Assembly: GCA_964607155.1 (NCBI GenBank)
Contig: CAZSIF010000002.1
Location: 33,124-97,123 of the forward strand
Length of the DNA stretch: 64,000 bases
Direction: 5' to 3'
Origin: an uncultured Oscillospiraceae bacterium
Lineage (GTDB): Bacteria; Bacillota; Clostridia; Christensenellales; CAG-314
The notes beneath the pieces were generated by a model that saw nothing but the letters and a program-made list of their open reading frames with translations, was not told the origin of the DNA and ran no database searches. The translations under genes and the position numbers were made by a program. Shown one piece after another: positions 17,513 to 27,341 of this stretch (position 1 is its first letter; every line of letters begins with the position of its first letter).

Positions 17513-20188
17513 ATGAAAAGAAAATATATCTTACTTTTGTTGCTTGTTATTTTTACTGTAAGCGCAGTGCTTATCGGTTGTAACGAGCAAGAGCCTGCGG
17601 GCAAGGGATTGTTTCAGGTAACGCCTTTTACGGGCACAAGCGGTTTTAGCGACGCAAAGGTTATGCCGACGGAAATTCCCGCGGCAACGGAACCGTCGAT
17701 TCAGTTGCATTACTACCGTAAAAATTCGGCGGACTACAAAAAGTGGGGCTTTTGGATGTGGCAAGTAGGTGCCGAAGGCGCACTGTACAGCATCAACTAT
17801 CAAGATGATTTTGGCGGTGTGGCAGTGTATCCTCTTTCGACGTTTGGCGATAGCGTTGTTGCAAACGGAATGGGCATAATACCTCGTTTGCAGTCGGGCT
17901 GGACAAAGGACGGCGATGCGGACAGAATGCTCAGTTTTGAAGGTATGACGCTTGACGAAAATAATTATTATCATGTGTACATTGTACAGGGGGATATTTC
18001 ATTGTACAAAAAGCTTGATCAAACCGTTACCGATAGAGTTACGGATTTGCGTTACGGACTTTCTGCAGAGTTTGAAAGCGAAAAAACCGTTAGAATTACC
18101 ACTGCAACGGCAGTAAAATCCGTTGCAATAAAGGAAAATAACACCGTGTTGTTGCAAAAGGATGTGGAAAAAACGGCGAACATTCTTTACAAAATGCCGG
18201 ACAACATGCAAGCCGACTTGAACAACTCGTATACGGTTGAGGTAACCTTTGAGGATGGAACGGTAAAGTCCACAAACGTTGCCATTACCGCGCTGTATTC
18301 GACGGATGCCTTTAATGATTTGTATTATTACGACGGAGAGCTTGGTGCAATTTACGCGGCGGACAAAACCGTGTTCCGCGTTTGGTCGCCCGTTTCGTCG
18401 AGCATTACACTTAACGTTTACAATCAAGGTCACGGTTCCGAAACGCCCATCACATATGCAATGACAAAGGGCGAAAAAGGCGTGTTCGAAGTTACTGTTA
18501 CTGGTGACCTTGGCGGCAAGTACTACACTTATACTGTTGTTAATTCGTCTTATCCAAGCGGACAAGAAATTGTCGATCCGTATGCAAAAAGTGCAGGATT
18601 AAACGGATTGAGGGGACAAATCGTAGACTTCTCGAAAACCAACCCCGACGGATGGGATTCGGTCAAGTTGAATGAATACGACCGCAAGGAACTTACCGTT
18701 TGGGAAACGCACGTTGCCGACGTAACGTCATCAACTACTTGGACTGGTAACGAGCAGTGGCGCAAAAAGTTCCTTGGAATGACTCAACGCGGAACAACCT
18801 ACACGAAAGATAACGTTACGGTAACAACCGGATTTGACCACATCAAGGAGTTGGGTGTAAATGCGGTGCAGCTTGTGCCGATCTTTGACCAAGCCAACGA
18901 CGAAAGCAACGTGAGCTTTAACTGGGGATATAATCCTTTGAATTACAACGTGCTTGAAGGCGCATATTCGACAGACGCAACGGACGGCTACGTTCGCATT
19001 AGGGAGTTCAAACAGCTTGTAAAGGCGTATTCCGATGCGGGCATAAATATCATCATGGACGTTGTGTATAATCACGTTAACGCCGCAGCCGGCAGCAATT
19101 TTGATGTTCTTATGCCGGGTTACTACTATCGCTATACGTCATCGGGGGCACTTTCCAACGGTTCCGGTTGCGGTAACGAAACGGCAAGTGAAAACAAGAT
19201 GTTCCGCAAGTTTATTATCGACTCTACGGAGTTTTGGGCTACGGAGTACAAGTTGGGCGGTTTCCGCTTCGACTTGATGGGCGTACACGATATTGAAACT
19301 ATGAATGCCGTTGCCGCAAACCTTAAAGGGGTAAATTCGTACATCACGGTGTACGGCGAGCCTTGGACGGGCGGAACGGTTGCTCTTGCCGCAGGCAAAC
19401 AGGCAGTGCAAAAGAATGCAAACTCGCTTGTTGGCGTTGGGCAGTTCAATGACCAGATGCGTGATGCACTTGTCAAGGGCGGATTGAATCCTGCAAATGA
19501 AAAAGGCTGGGCAACAAGTGTTGATAGCAATTACAATGCAAAAAACGATGTTGCAAAGATTATTAGCGGCTTAAAGGGCATTACCGATACGGGTAGTTAC
19601 ACCATTGCGGACGCAAACAAAACAGTCAACTACGTTACCTGCCACGACAACTATACGTTGTACGATCGTATCATGGCAACGGGGCAATTCCGTGCAAGTA
19701 GTGCAAGCCACGTTGCAATAGCTCGCAAGCTTGCGGTGCTTGCCGATTCGGTAGTGTTCACCTCTTGCGGCACGACCTTTATGCTTGCCGGTGATGAATT
19801 CTTGCGCACAAAGGGTGGGGATAGTAACTCGTATAGCTCAAGTTACGAGGTTAACGAGTTGGATTACTCGCTCAAAGTTCAAAATAAGGACGTGTTCGAT
19901 ATATTCTGCAAGCTGATTGCTTTCAAGCAAAACACAAAAACGTTGCACTTGGATACGGACAAGCTTTCGACGGTCGGATATTCTGCAAAATCTATCGATA
20001 ACGGCAACACTATCCAAATCACTTTCCGCGAGGGCAATAAGGAATACAAGATTGTTCACGCCAATTACAACACCGGTGCGGTTGTTGATTTTAGCGGTTA
20101 TACGCTTGTTTTGGATACCATTGGTAACACGGAACTTACTGCTCAAACTGCAATGCAAAAGGCTCAAACGATAATTGCGTACAAATAA
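17513..20188 (+). CDS. Type I pullulanase (GH13) lipoprotein
   Basis: GGAGG RBS and lipobox LIGC. GH13 regions MDVVYNHV, GGFRFDLMG, YGEPW and YVTCHDN. Has the long N-terminal CBM-like region typical of pullulanases. Confidence 0.9.
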   Translation: MKRKYILLLLLVIFTVSAVLIGCNEQEPAGKGLFQVTPFTGTSGFSDAKVMPTEIPAATEPSIQLHYYRKNSADYKKWGFWMWQVGAEGALYSINYQDDFGGVAVYPLSTFGDSVVANGMGIIPRLQSGWTKDGDADRMLSFEGMTLDENNYYHVYIVQGDISLYKKLDQTVTDRVTDLRYGLSAEFESEKTVRITTATAVKSVAIKENNTVLLQKDVEKTANILYKMPDNMQADLNNSYTVEVTFEDGTVKSTNVAITALYSTDAFNDLYYYDGELGAIYAADKTVFRVWSPVSSSITLNVYNQGHGSETPITYAMTKGEKGVFEVTVTGDLGGKYYTYTVVNSSYPSGQEIVDPYAKSAGLNGLRGQIVDFSKTNPDGWDSVKLNEYDRKELTVWETHVADVTSSTTWTGNEQWRKKFLGMTQRGTTYTKDNVTVTTGFDHIKELGVNAVQLVPIFDQANDESNVSFNWGYNPLNYNVLEGAYSTDATDGYVRIREFKQLVKAYSDAGINIIMDVVYNHVNAAAGSNFDVLMPGYYYRYTSSGALSNGSGCGNETASENKMFRKFIIDSTEFWATEYKLGGFRFDLMGVHDIETMNAVAANLKGVNSYITVYGEPWTGGTVALAAGKQAVQKNANSLVGVGQFNDQMRDALVKGGLNPANEKGWATSVDSNYNAKNDVAKIISGLKGITDTGSYTIADANKTVNYVTCHDNYTLYDRIMATGQFRASSASHVAIARKLAVLADSVVFTSCGTTFMLAGDEFLRTKGGDSNSYSSSYEVNELDYSLKVQNKDVFDIFCKLIAFKQNTKTLHLDTDKLSTVGYSAKSIDNGNTIQITFREGNKEYKIVHANYNTGAVVDFSGYTLVLDTIGNTELTAQTAMQKAQTIIAYK

Positions 20189-20189
20189 T

Positions 20190-20915
20190 ATGAGAAAACG
20201 TCTTTTTGCGGCAGTTGTGATGGTTGCGCTGGCGGCAACGATATTCATCGGCTGCGAAACAACCTACACGCCGGATCCGCAGGTGGAACAATTTCTTAAC
20301 ACGGGGCTAACTGCGTCGTCCAGCTACGACGCAGTGGCAACCGCAAGCTATATCGACACAAAGGTGTTAACCGATTTGCAAGGTAACGAGCTCGGCGTGA
20401 GCAGGTGTGAGGTTACAATTGATAAAACAAATGCCGATAATCTCAGCCTTGTAGTCGAGGCAAGCTTTAGCGGCAGTTACGTTGAAAATGGTATTATTAG
20501 CACAAGGACGGAGCTTGCGCTTGGCGATGATGGATACATTCGCACGGTAAAACGCGGCGAGGATGTCAAAAGAGAGTCGCTAACGGAGCAAATCGCTTGC
20601 GATTACATCAGATCGTTTTTTTACATGAACAACGACGCTTACGATGAGGGCGGCTTGTATTACGGCGACTTTTTTATGCTCAACATATACAAATATCAGC
20701 CGCTGTGTTTTTCCGTTGTGGATGATGGCGAGGCTTGCCGATTTTATTGCTTGCGTCATATAGATGACGGCGATATAGGCAAAATTGCTCTCACGCAGGA
20801 TACCAAAATTAACAAGCTTGGCTTGATTATTTCCAACAGCGAGCGGTACGAAAGCGAGCAGGAAAACACTGTTTTATCGGCAACGCTAACGGCAAGCTAT
20901 ACTTATTTTGAGTAA
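20190..20915 (+). CDS. Hypothetical lipoprotein
   Basis: ATG lies 1 nt after the pullulanase stop. Signal peptide with lipobox FIGC. No recognisable catalytic motif. Confidence 0.6.
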   Translation: MRKRLFAAVVMVALAATIFIGCETTYTPDPQVEQFLNTGLTASSSYDAVATASYIDTKVLTDLQGNELGVSRCEVTIDKTNADNLSLVVEASFSGSYVENGIISTRTELALGDDGYIRTVKRGEDVKRESLTEQIACDYIRSFFYMNNDAYDEGGLYYGDFFMLNIYKYQPLCFSVVDDGEACRFYCLRHIDDGDIGKIALTQDTKINKLGLIISNSERYESEQENTVLSATLTASYTYFE

Positions 20916-21188
20916 AGTTCTTTGTTTTGCGTGGACTAAAAGTAAAAAAGACCGCGGCGGGCGTTTAACCTGCTGCGGTCGAATACTTTATTTGGTTAAA
21001 ATTTGTCTTTTTGACTGTGCCGTAACAACAGTTTGGCTTTGCGTCTGCTTGATGTGGCGTTGCGCTATGCGAGCGGACTCGCGCTGTTGAGCTTGCATGA
21101 CTTATATTGGAACATGTGTGTCGCAATGGACGGTTTAATGACTAAAAGTGGCGCATTAAATTGCAGATTATGGCGATAAGTAAAAACG

Positions 21189-21677
21189 CTAAATTATTTC
21201 AAAAGTTCCGGATTCTCGACGGAAGCTCCAAAAATAGGCTTGTGTAAAGCCGAGATTGGCTGCCATGGTGAGCGTGACGTCGGCAATAAACAAACGTAGC
21301 GGCGTTGCCATTGCGGAAAGCCAATTTAGCGCAGGAGCAATAAAAAGCAGAATCGTCGCTACAATAAACAGACCGCTCCCTATTGCCGATGCTATTATAC
21401 CAAAGGGGTAGGGGGTGCCGTCCTGCTTGAACACAAGATTTTTCATTAAAAGCGTTATGTGTGTTCTTAGCGAACGGATTATAAAAAACACAATTGCAAC
21501 CTCAAACAATATGCAGACGGTAACGGAAACCATATTGATTGCAAGGTCAAAGGTTACGCCGTTATTTATTCCGTCAATCAGGCACAGTGTCAAAACGTAT
21601 GCGCCAAAGGCGGTAATGCATAAGCTGCATATCAGGTAAAGTATGCGAAAAACTTTTATTCTTTTGGCTGTTTGCAT
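21189..21677 (-). CDS. Hypothetical integral membrane protein (about 4-5 TM segments)
   Basis: Hydrophobic segments throughout. Convergent with the upstream operon. No family recognised. Confidence 0.5.
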   Translation of the reverse strand: MQTAKRIKVFRILYLICSLCITAFGAYVLTLCLIDGINNGVTFDLAINMVSVTVCILFEVAIVFFIIRSLRTHITLLMKNLVFKQDGTPYPFGIIASAIGSGLFIVATILLFIAPALNWLSAMATPLRLFIADVTLTMAANLGFTQAYFWSFRRESGTFEII

Positions 21678-22009
21678 GGTTTACTCCTTGAATACGCTCG
21701 CTTTGTACGAGTGCTCAAGTATATTATAACAGTTTGCGCATTGGTTGTCAATGTGTGTGCATCGGGGCGGCACTTTTGTGCTCATTCAATTCGCCTTGGG
21801 GACGGAAATGCTGCGGTTTCTTGTGTGCGTGTCGATTTTTGGGTACGGGGCACTATGCCAAAGTGTACTACGGCTGTCTTGCTTGATGGCTTGGTTGGCG
21901 GCATTGTGCGGAAACTGTTGTGGCGGTCGAACGGCATGCGCATAAAATTGAATTTAACGCTGCAAATGCAGCTTTAATAATACAAAAGGCTTTTTGTAAG
22001 GAGGTTTGT

Positions 22010-23707
22010 ATGAACAAACAGGCTATATTGCACCAAAGCGATTCGCGCTTTTCCTTTCCGGTATCGGATACAAAAGCGGTAATTAGGCTACGCACACAGC
22101 GTGACGACAGTATCAAGTCGGTAACTGCGTTGTGGAACACTTCTCACAAATTTTATCTTGAACGTTTGCGTATGCCTTTAACGGTGGAGTGCTCTGACGA
22201 GCTGTTCGATTACTACGTTGCGGAATTGGATAACGGCTATCCGGGGTATTCGTACTTGTTTGAGATTGTGGAAACGGATGGTTCTGTGTGGTACTATAAC
22301 GAAAGCGGTTTTAGTCATGAGTTTAGTCTTGCGCGCGCCTTTCAGGATAACTTTACGGTGGTATTCCCTAACGAGCGGGATATTGTGCGTCCTAATAAAA
22401 AATTTGAAGGACGGCTGTTTTATCAGATTTTTCCCGAGCGGTTTGCGCGCTCGAATGACAAAAAGAACGTTTCGTATATCACAATGGATTGGAACACCGA
22501 CGAACCCAAAAACGACCTGTTTGCGGGCGGCGACTTGAACGGTATTATCGAAAAATTGCCGTATTTACAAGACTTGGGCGTGGGCGCAATTTATATGACG
22601 CCCATTCATCCGTCGATATCTGCGCACAAGTACGACGTGGACGATTATTTTGATATAGATAAGATGTTTGGCAGTTTGCACGACTTGAAACGACTTACCT
22701 GTGAGGCGCACAAGCGCGATATCTTGATTGTGATGGATTTGGTGTTCAATCACAGCAGCTATCTCAATCCGATTTTTCAGGACGTTGTTAAGCACGGCAA
22801 AAATAGTAAATACTATGGTTGGTATTTTATCGACGGCGACAAGCCTGATTGGGAAAAGCTCAACTATAAAAGCTTTTGCGACGTGCGTATGATGCCGAAA
22901 CTTAACACAAACAATCCCGAAGTGCAGGAGTATTTGTGCCGTGTGGGTGAGTTTTATTTATCTAAGTACGACGTGGACGGCTTTAGGCTGGACGTTGCAA
23001 TGGATGTTTCGCACGATTTTTGGCGCGTGTTTAAGCGCAGAATGCTTGCCGTTAAGCCGGATGTGTTCATATTCGGCGAGTTTTGGCAAAATTCGGAATC
23101 GTTTTTGGGCAACGACCAATGGGATTCCGTCATGAACTATCCGTTTTTGTATGCTTGTCAGCGGTATTTTGCATTTGGCGTTTACGATGCGGCGGCGTTT
23201 TGCGATTATCTTAACAGCATGTTGATGCGTTACAAGGACGGCACAAATCGCAATATGGTGAATCTTATCGATTCGCACGATATCGAAAGATTTTTCACAA
23301 CGGTGGGCAACGATAAGGATTTGCAGTTAATGACTCTTGCCACACTGATGTGCTACCTTGGTTGCCCCATGATTTATTATGGCGACGAGATTTTTATGGA
23401 CGGCAAAAATGATCCGTATAACCGTAAAGCAATGCGTTGGGATAGCGACGAATTTAACAGTCCGCAGCACGCTATGATAAGGCAGTTGCTCAAGCTGCGT
23501 CAATTGGACGTTTTGCGCTACGGAGATATAAAAATATACAGTAACGACGGTTTGGCGTACATAAAACGGACATTAAACGGCAAAAAGATGACGCTTGTGC
23601 TTAATTTGAGCGGCAAGGAATACTGTCTTGACGGAACGGTTGTTGTCGCTAACGGCTATGCGGACGGCGTTTTGCAAAACAAGGGCTTTGCGGTGTTCGA
23701 ACAATGA
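22010..23707 (+). CDS. Cytoplasmic GH13 neopullulanase / cyclomaltodextrinase / maltogenic amylase-like enzyme
   Basis: AAGGAGG RBS before the ATG at 22010 and no signal peptide. GH13 regions MDLVFNHSS, DGFRLDVAMDVSH, FGEFW and LIDSHD. Has the N-terminal domain typical of this subgroup. Confidence 0.85.
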   Translation: MNKQAILHQSDSRFSFPVSDTKAVIRLRTQRDDSIKSVTALWNTSHKFYLERLRMPLTVECSDELFDYYVAELDNGYPGYSYLFEIVETDGSVWYYNESGFSHEFSLARAFQDNFTVVFPNERDIVRPNKKFEGRLFYQIFPERFARSNDKKNVSYITMDWNTDEPKNDLFAGGDLNGIIEKLPYLQDLGVGAIYMTPIHPSISAHKYDVDDYFDIDKMFGSLHDLKRLTCEAHKRDILIVMDLVFNHSSYLNPIFQDVVKHGKNSKYYGWYFIDGDKPDWEKLNYKSFCDVRMMPKLNTNNPEVQEYLCRVGEFYLSKYDVDGFRLDVAMDVSHDFWRVFKRRMLAVKPDVFIFGEFWQNSESFLGNDQWDSVMNYPFLYACQRYFAFGVYDAAAFCDYLNSMLMRYKDGTNRNMVNLIDSHDIERFFTTVGNDKDLQLMTLATLMCYLGCPMIYYGDEIFMDGKNDPYNRKAMRWDSDEFNSPQHAMIRQLLKLRQLDVLRYGDIKIYSNDGLAYIKRTLNGKKMTLVLNLSGKEYCLDGTVVVANGYADGVLQNKGFAVFEQ

Positions 23708-24957
23708 GATGGCAATTTGTTTTGACGGCACTGCTGTTGTGCGTTGTGTGCGCACTTGGTGCATGTTATGCCGAGATAGATAATACCAATGCCCCCATGG
23801 AAACGAGCCTTAATGTGGAAAAAGTAGAGGGGCTGCCTGATGATTTTTGGCTCGGTGCTGACGTTAGCAGTGTTATTTCGCTGGAAAACAGCGGTGTGTC
23901 CTTTTGTGATTTTGATGGCAAAACGCAAGATTTATTGAAGCTTTTGGCTGATAACGGTGTTAATGTCGTGCGTGTGCGCCTTTGGGTTGATCCGTTTGAC
24001 CAAAACGGAAACGGTTATGGCGGCGGCAACTGTGAATTGTCCGTGGCAAAAAAAATAGCCGAGCGTGCGGCACGATACGGGCTGGGCGTTCTGGTTGATT
24101 TTCACTACTCGGACTTTTGGGCTGATCCTGCCAAACAGCAATGCCCAAAGGCATGGTCCAAGCTGCCGTTTGATGACAAGCGCACTGCTCTTGCAGATTA
24201 TACTGCAGAGTGCTTGCGTGGGTTGTTAGCTACAGGCGCAACGGTTGTGGGCGTGCAAATCGGTAACGAGATTAACGGAGCTATGTGTGGCGAATCAAGC
24301 TGGGATAAAATTTGTTTGCTGTTTGATTCGGGCGCACAAGTCGTAAGGCAACTTGTTCCGAACGCAAAAATTATTGCTCATTTTACTGATCCTCACAAGG
24401 AGGGCAGGTCCGCTTATTTTGCACAAATGCTAAAAAAGTATAACGTCGATTACGATGTTTTTGCGACCTCGTATTACAGTTTTTGGCACGGAACAACGCA
24501 AAATCTGCAAAGCGTGTTGCAGCAAATAAAGCAAGATTACGGCAAGGACGTAATGGTTGCGGAAACTTCGCACCCGTTTACCGATAAGGATAGCGACTTT
24601 TACGGAAATAACGTTTCTGCAAGCGAGTGCTCGTATGAGGTATCTCCGCAGGGGCAGGCAACGGCGTTTAGACAAACGGTTGCGGCGGTTAATGCGGCAG
24701 GGGGCATAGGCGTGTTTTATTGGGAGCCGGCATGGATATCTGTGGGCGGTTCGAGCTATGCAGCAAACCTAACCAAATGGCAAAAGTATGGCAGCGGATG
24801 GGCTTCGAGTTATGCCGGCAGTTATAGTGCCGACGCTGCTCAATACTACGGCGGTAGCTCATGGGATAATCAAGCGTTATTTGATAGTAACGGCAAGCCG
24901 TTGGAATCGTTAAAGATGTTTGCATGCGTTCGTAAAGGTACAGTTGCACCACAGTAA
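23704..24957 (+). CDS. GH53 arabinogalactan endo-beta-1,4-galactanase lipoprotein
   Basis: Lipobox LGAC. GADVSS..LE, VRVRLWVDP, acid/base region VQIGNEINGAM and nucleophile region VMVAETSHPF. The ATGA start overlaps the stop of the preceding GH13 gene. Confidence 0.85.
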   Translation: MRWQFVLTALLLCVVCALGACYAEIDNTNAPMETSLNVEKVEGLPDDFWLGADVSSVISLENSGVSFCDFDGKTQDLLKLLADNGVNVVRVRLWVDPFDQNGNGYGGGNCELSVAKKIAERAARYGLGVLVDFHYSDFWADPAKQQCPKAWSKLPFDDKRTALADYTAECLRGLLATGATVVGVQIGNEINGAMCGESSWDKICLLFDSGAQVVRQLVPNAKIIAHFTDPHKEGRSAYFAQMLKKYNVDYDVFATSYYSFWHGTTQNLQSVLQQIKQDYGKDVMVAETSHPFTDKDSDFYGNNVSASECSYEVSPQGQATAFRQTVAAVNAAGGIGVFYWEPAWISVGGSSYAANLTKWQKYGSGWASSYAGSYSADAAQYYGGSSWDNQALFDSNGKPLESLKMFACVRKGTVAPQ

Positions 24958-25010
24958 TAATAATCGATAATATTGGCAATAAAGTCAACCAATAACAAAT
25001 AAAATAAATT

Positions 25011-25059
25011 AAAAATACCACTAACAGGCATTAAGCTGCTGTTAGTGGTATTTATTTTT
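25011..25059. terminator. Bidirectional intrinsic terminator
   Basis: Perfect 13-bp stem ataccactaacag / ctgttagtggtat, flanked by an A-run and a T-rich tract, between convergent genes. Confidence 0.75.
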
Positions 25060-25067
25060 GTAGATAT

Positions 25068-25901
25068 CTATTCGAGTGAAAAGGGGCACGGACAAACCAC
25101 CGCAAGCGGCTTGCCTGTTATCGGGTGGATAAACTTTAGTTCGCCACAGTGTAGCATAACTCGAGCGGCATTGCTTCCGCCGTATAGCACGTCGCCGCAA
25201 ATCGGGTGTCCGATTGTCGCAAGGTGTGCGCGTATTTGATGTGTTCGTCCCGTTAAAGGTAGCACCTTTAGTAGCGATTTTCCGTTAGCGCAAGCAAGTC
25301 TTTCAAATTTAGTTAGGCTTGGTTTGCCGTCCTTGGATATTACCGTTTTGTTTTGCTCGTGCGAGCGCGTTAGCGGATAATCGATTATCCCTTCCGTGGG
25401 GGCGCTCCCGTCCACAAGCGCAAAATAGGTCTTTTCAATTTTGTGTGCAAGTTGCAGCTCGTTCAGCCTTTCCGCCGTCAGTTCGTCTAATGCGCCCAGC
25501 ACACAGCCGCTGGTTACTTTATCCAGTCGTGATGCTACACGCAGCACAAAGTCATCAAAACACGCCGCGAGCATATTGCCAAGGGTGTCGTCGTGGTGGG
25601 CTCTATCGGGGTGAGTGGCAATGCCGTAGGGTTTTTCCGCAACGTACAGATATTCGTCGGCAAAAAGCAGTGTGGCTTTGGTCTGTGCTCGTGGCAACGG
25701 AGCACGCTGTTCGTCGTTTTGGGCAACCAACACGTCTCCTTTTTTCAAAACGTAGCGCACGGTTTTCAATTGTCCGTTAACCAAAATGCTGCCGTTGTAT
25801 TTAAAGCGCTTTATTTGGAGTGTGGAAAGACGCATTTCCTCGAACACCTGTCGAATGCAGCGACCTGCAAGCGCGTCGTCGATTGTTAGAGTGATATTCA
25901 T
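25068..25901 (-). CDS. RluA-family 23S rRNA/tRNA pseudouridine synthase
   Basis: S4-like N-terminus, catalytic RLDKVTSG motif and HQIRAH motif. Start moved to the internal ATG (MNITLT..) because the upstream extension is not protein-like. Confidence 0.85.
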   Translation of the reverse strand: MNITLTIDDALAGRCIRQVFEEMRLSTLQIKRFKYNGSILVNGQLKTVRYVLKKGDVLVAQNDEQRAPLPRAQTKATLLFADEYLYVAEKPYGIATHPDRAHHDDTLGNMLAACFDDFVLRVASRLDKVTSGCVLGALDELTAERLNELQLAHKIEKTYFALVDGSAPTEGIIDYPLTRSHEQNKTVISKDGKPSLTKFERLACANGKSLLKVLPLTGRTHQIRAHLATIGHPICGDVLYGGSNAARVMLHCGELKFIHPITGKPLAVVCPCPFSLE

Positions 25902-26308
25902 GTCTATAATTATACATCGAGCGGCGGTTTTTCGCAACGCAATTTTGCTTGGCTCGGGCGAGATTGGGCAATGATGACGTTCAAAAAGTTTTTTTGTGTA
26001 GAGCTTGTGTTGAATGGTGATTATTTGCTTGATGTCGCTTGGCGTGCTTTGTGTTGTCACAGTGGCGGTGTTGCGTTAAAAATTCACTTGGCAAGATAAA
26101 GGATAATTGTGTGCGCTAACGTCTTGAAAAAAAAACAATAATGTGCTACAATTTTATGGTAAGCAAAAGATTAAGACTAACCGTTTGTTTGCACAGAGCA
26201 TAAGATTTGGTCGTTTTGCTGTAATTTTAAGGCACGAACAGGCGTAAGCCTTGCCGAGTATTTTGCCATACGGCAAATTTGTAAATTTAGATTTAAGGAT
26301 TAATGTAA

Positions 26309-27337
26309 ATGAAGCTTATTCACACAGCTGATATTCATCTTGATTCGCCGCTTGTGGGCGTATCCGACGGAGCGTTGCGGCGGCAGGAGTTACTGCGTGC
26401 GCTGCAGAGCCTTTCGGCATATGCAAATGCCAACGGCGTAATGGGCATAATCGTTGCGGGTGATTTGTTCGACGACAAGTATACCTCCGAGGGTACAATA
26501 CGCAGCGTTGCGGATATCATAGCCCAAAGTAATGCGGTGTGGTTTGTCGTCAAGGGCAACCATGGCGACAATGCGCCTTACGCAAAGTTGGCGGCGTTGG
26601 TGCCACAGGTGCGGTTTTTCGGCGAGGATTGGACGACCTATCGGATTGCCAATGTAACGGTGTGCGGCAGGGAGCTTTCACCCTCAGACCGTCAGCCTTG
26701 GGGCACTTTGCCGCTTTCGCGCGATAACTACAACATTGTTGTGCTGCATGGCGATGTGGACGACGCGTCTTACGGTACAATTGACAAAAACGCATTAGCA
26801 AACAATCCGATAAATTACGTCGCATTGGGGCACAGACATTCGTTGACAATGCTTAATTTTGGCAGAGTTAAGGGCTGCTATAGCGGTGCGCTGGAGGCGC
26901 GCGGGTTTGACGAAACGTCGCCTACGGGCTTTGTACTTATCGATACCGATACCGATAGCGTGCGCTTTGTGGAACAGGCAATACGCAGTGTGGTGACCAA
27001 ACGCGTTGATATTTCTGCCGTCAACAGCGATATTGCGTTGGAAAGGTTACTTTCGGAGGTCATTGCGGGCGAAGCTTCGCGCAACTATCTCAATTTGGAA
27101 CTTATCGGCACGTTAAACGACGGCGTGCGCGCGGAGTATATAGCCAACGAGTTTTTGCGGGATAAGTTTTTTGCGCTAAGGATAAAAAACAACGCCGTGA
27201 TAAAGAGAGATATTGCAAAGCTTTCTCAGGAAATTTCCTTGCGGGGCGAGTTTGTAAAGCTGGCAGTACAGATAGAAAATCCGCAGCTCCGCGAGCGTGT
27301 TTTGCAGATGGGGCTGGAGCTATTGCAGGGGGATTGA
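26309..27337 (+). CDS. Mre11/SbcD-like metallophosphoesterase (YhaO-like DNA repair exonuclease)
   Basis: Calcineurin-type motifs HTADIHLD, GDLFD, GNHG, VLHGD and GHRH. Confidence 0.8.
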   Translation: MKLIHTADIHLDSPLVGVSDGALRRQELLRALQSLSAYANANGVMGIIVAGDLFDDKYTSEGTIRSVADIIAQSNAVWFVVKGNHGDNAPYAKLAALVPQVRFFGEDWTTYRIANVTVCGRELSPSDRQPWGTLPLSRDNYNIVVLHGDVDDASYGTIDKNALANNPINYVALGHRHSLTMLNFGRVKGCYSGALEARGFDETSPTGFVLIDTDTDSVRFVEQAIRSVVTKRVDISAVNSDIALERLLSEVIAGEASRNYLNLELIGTLNDGVRAEYIANEFLRDKFFALRIKNNAVIKRDIAKLSQEISLRGEFVKLAVQIENPQLRERVLQMGLELLQGD

Positions 27338-27341
27338 GATT

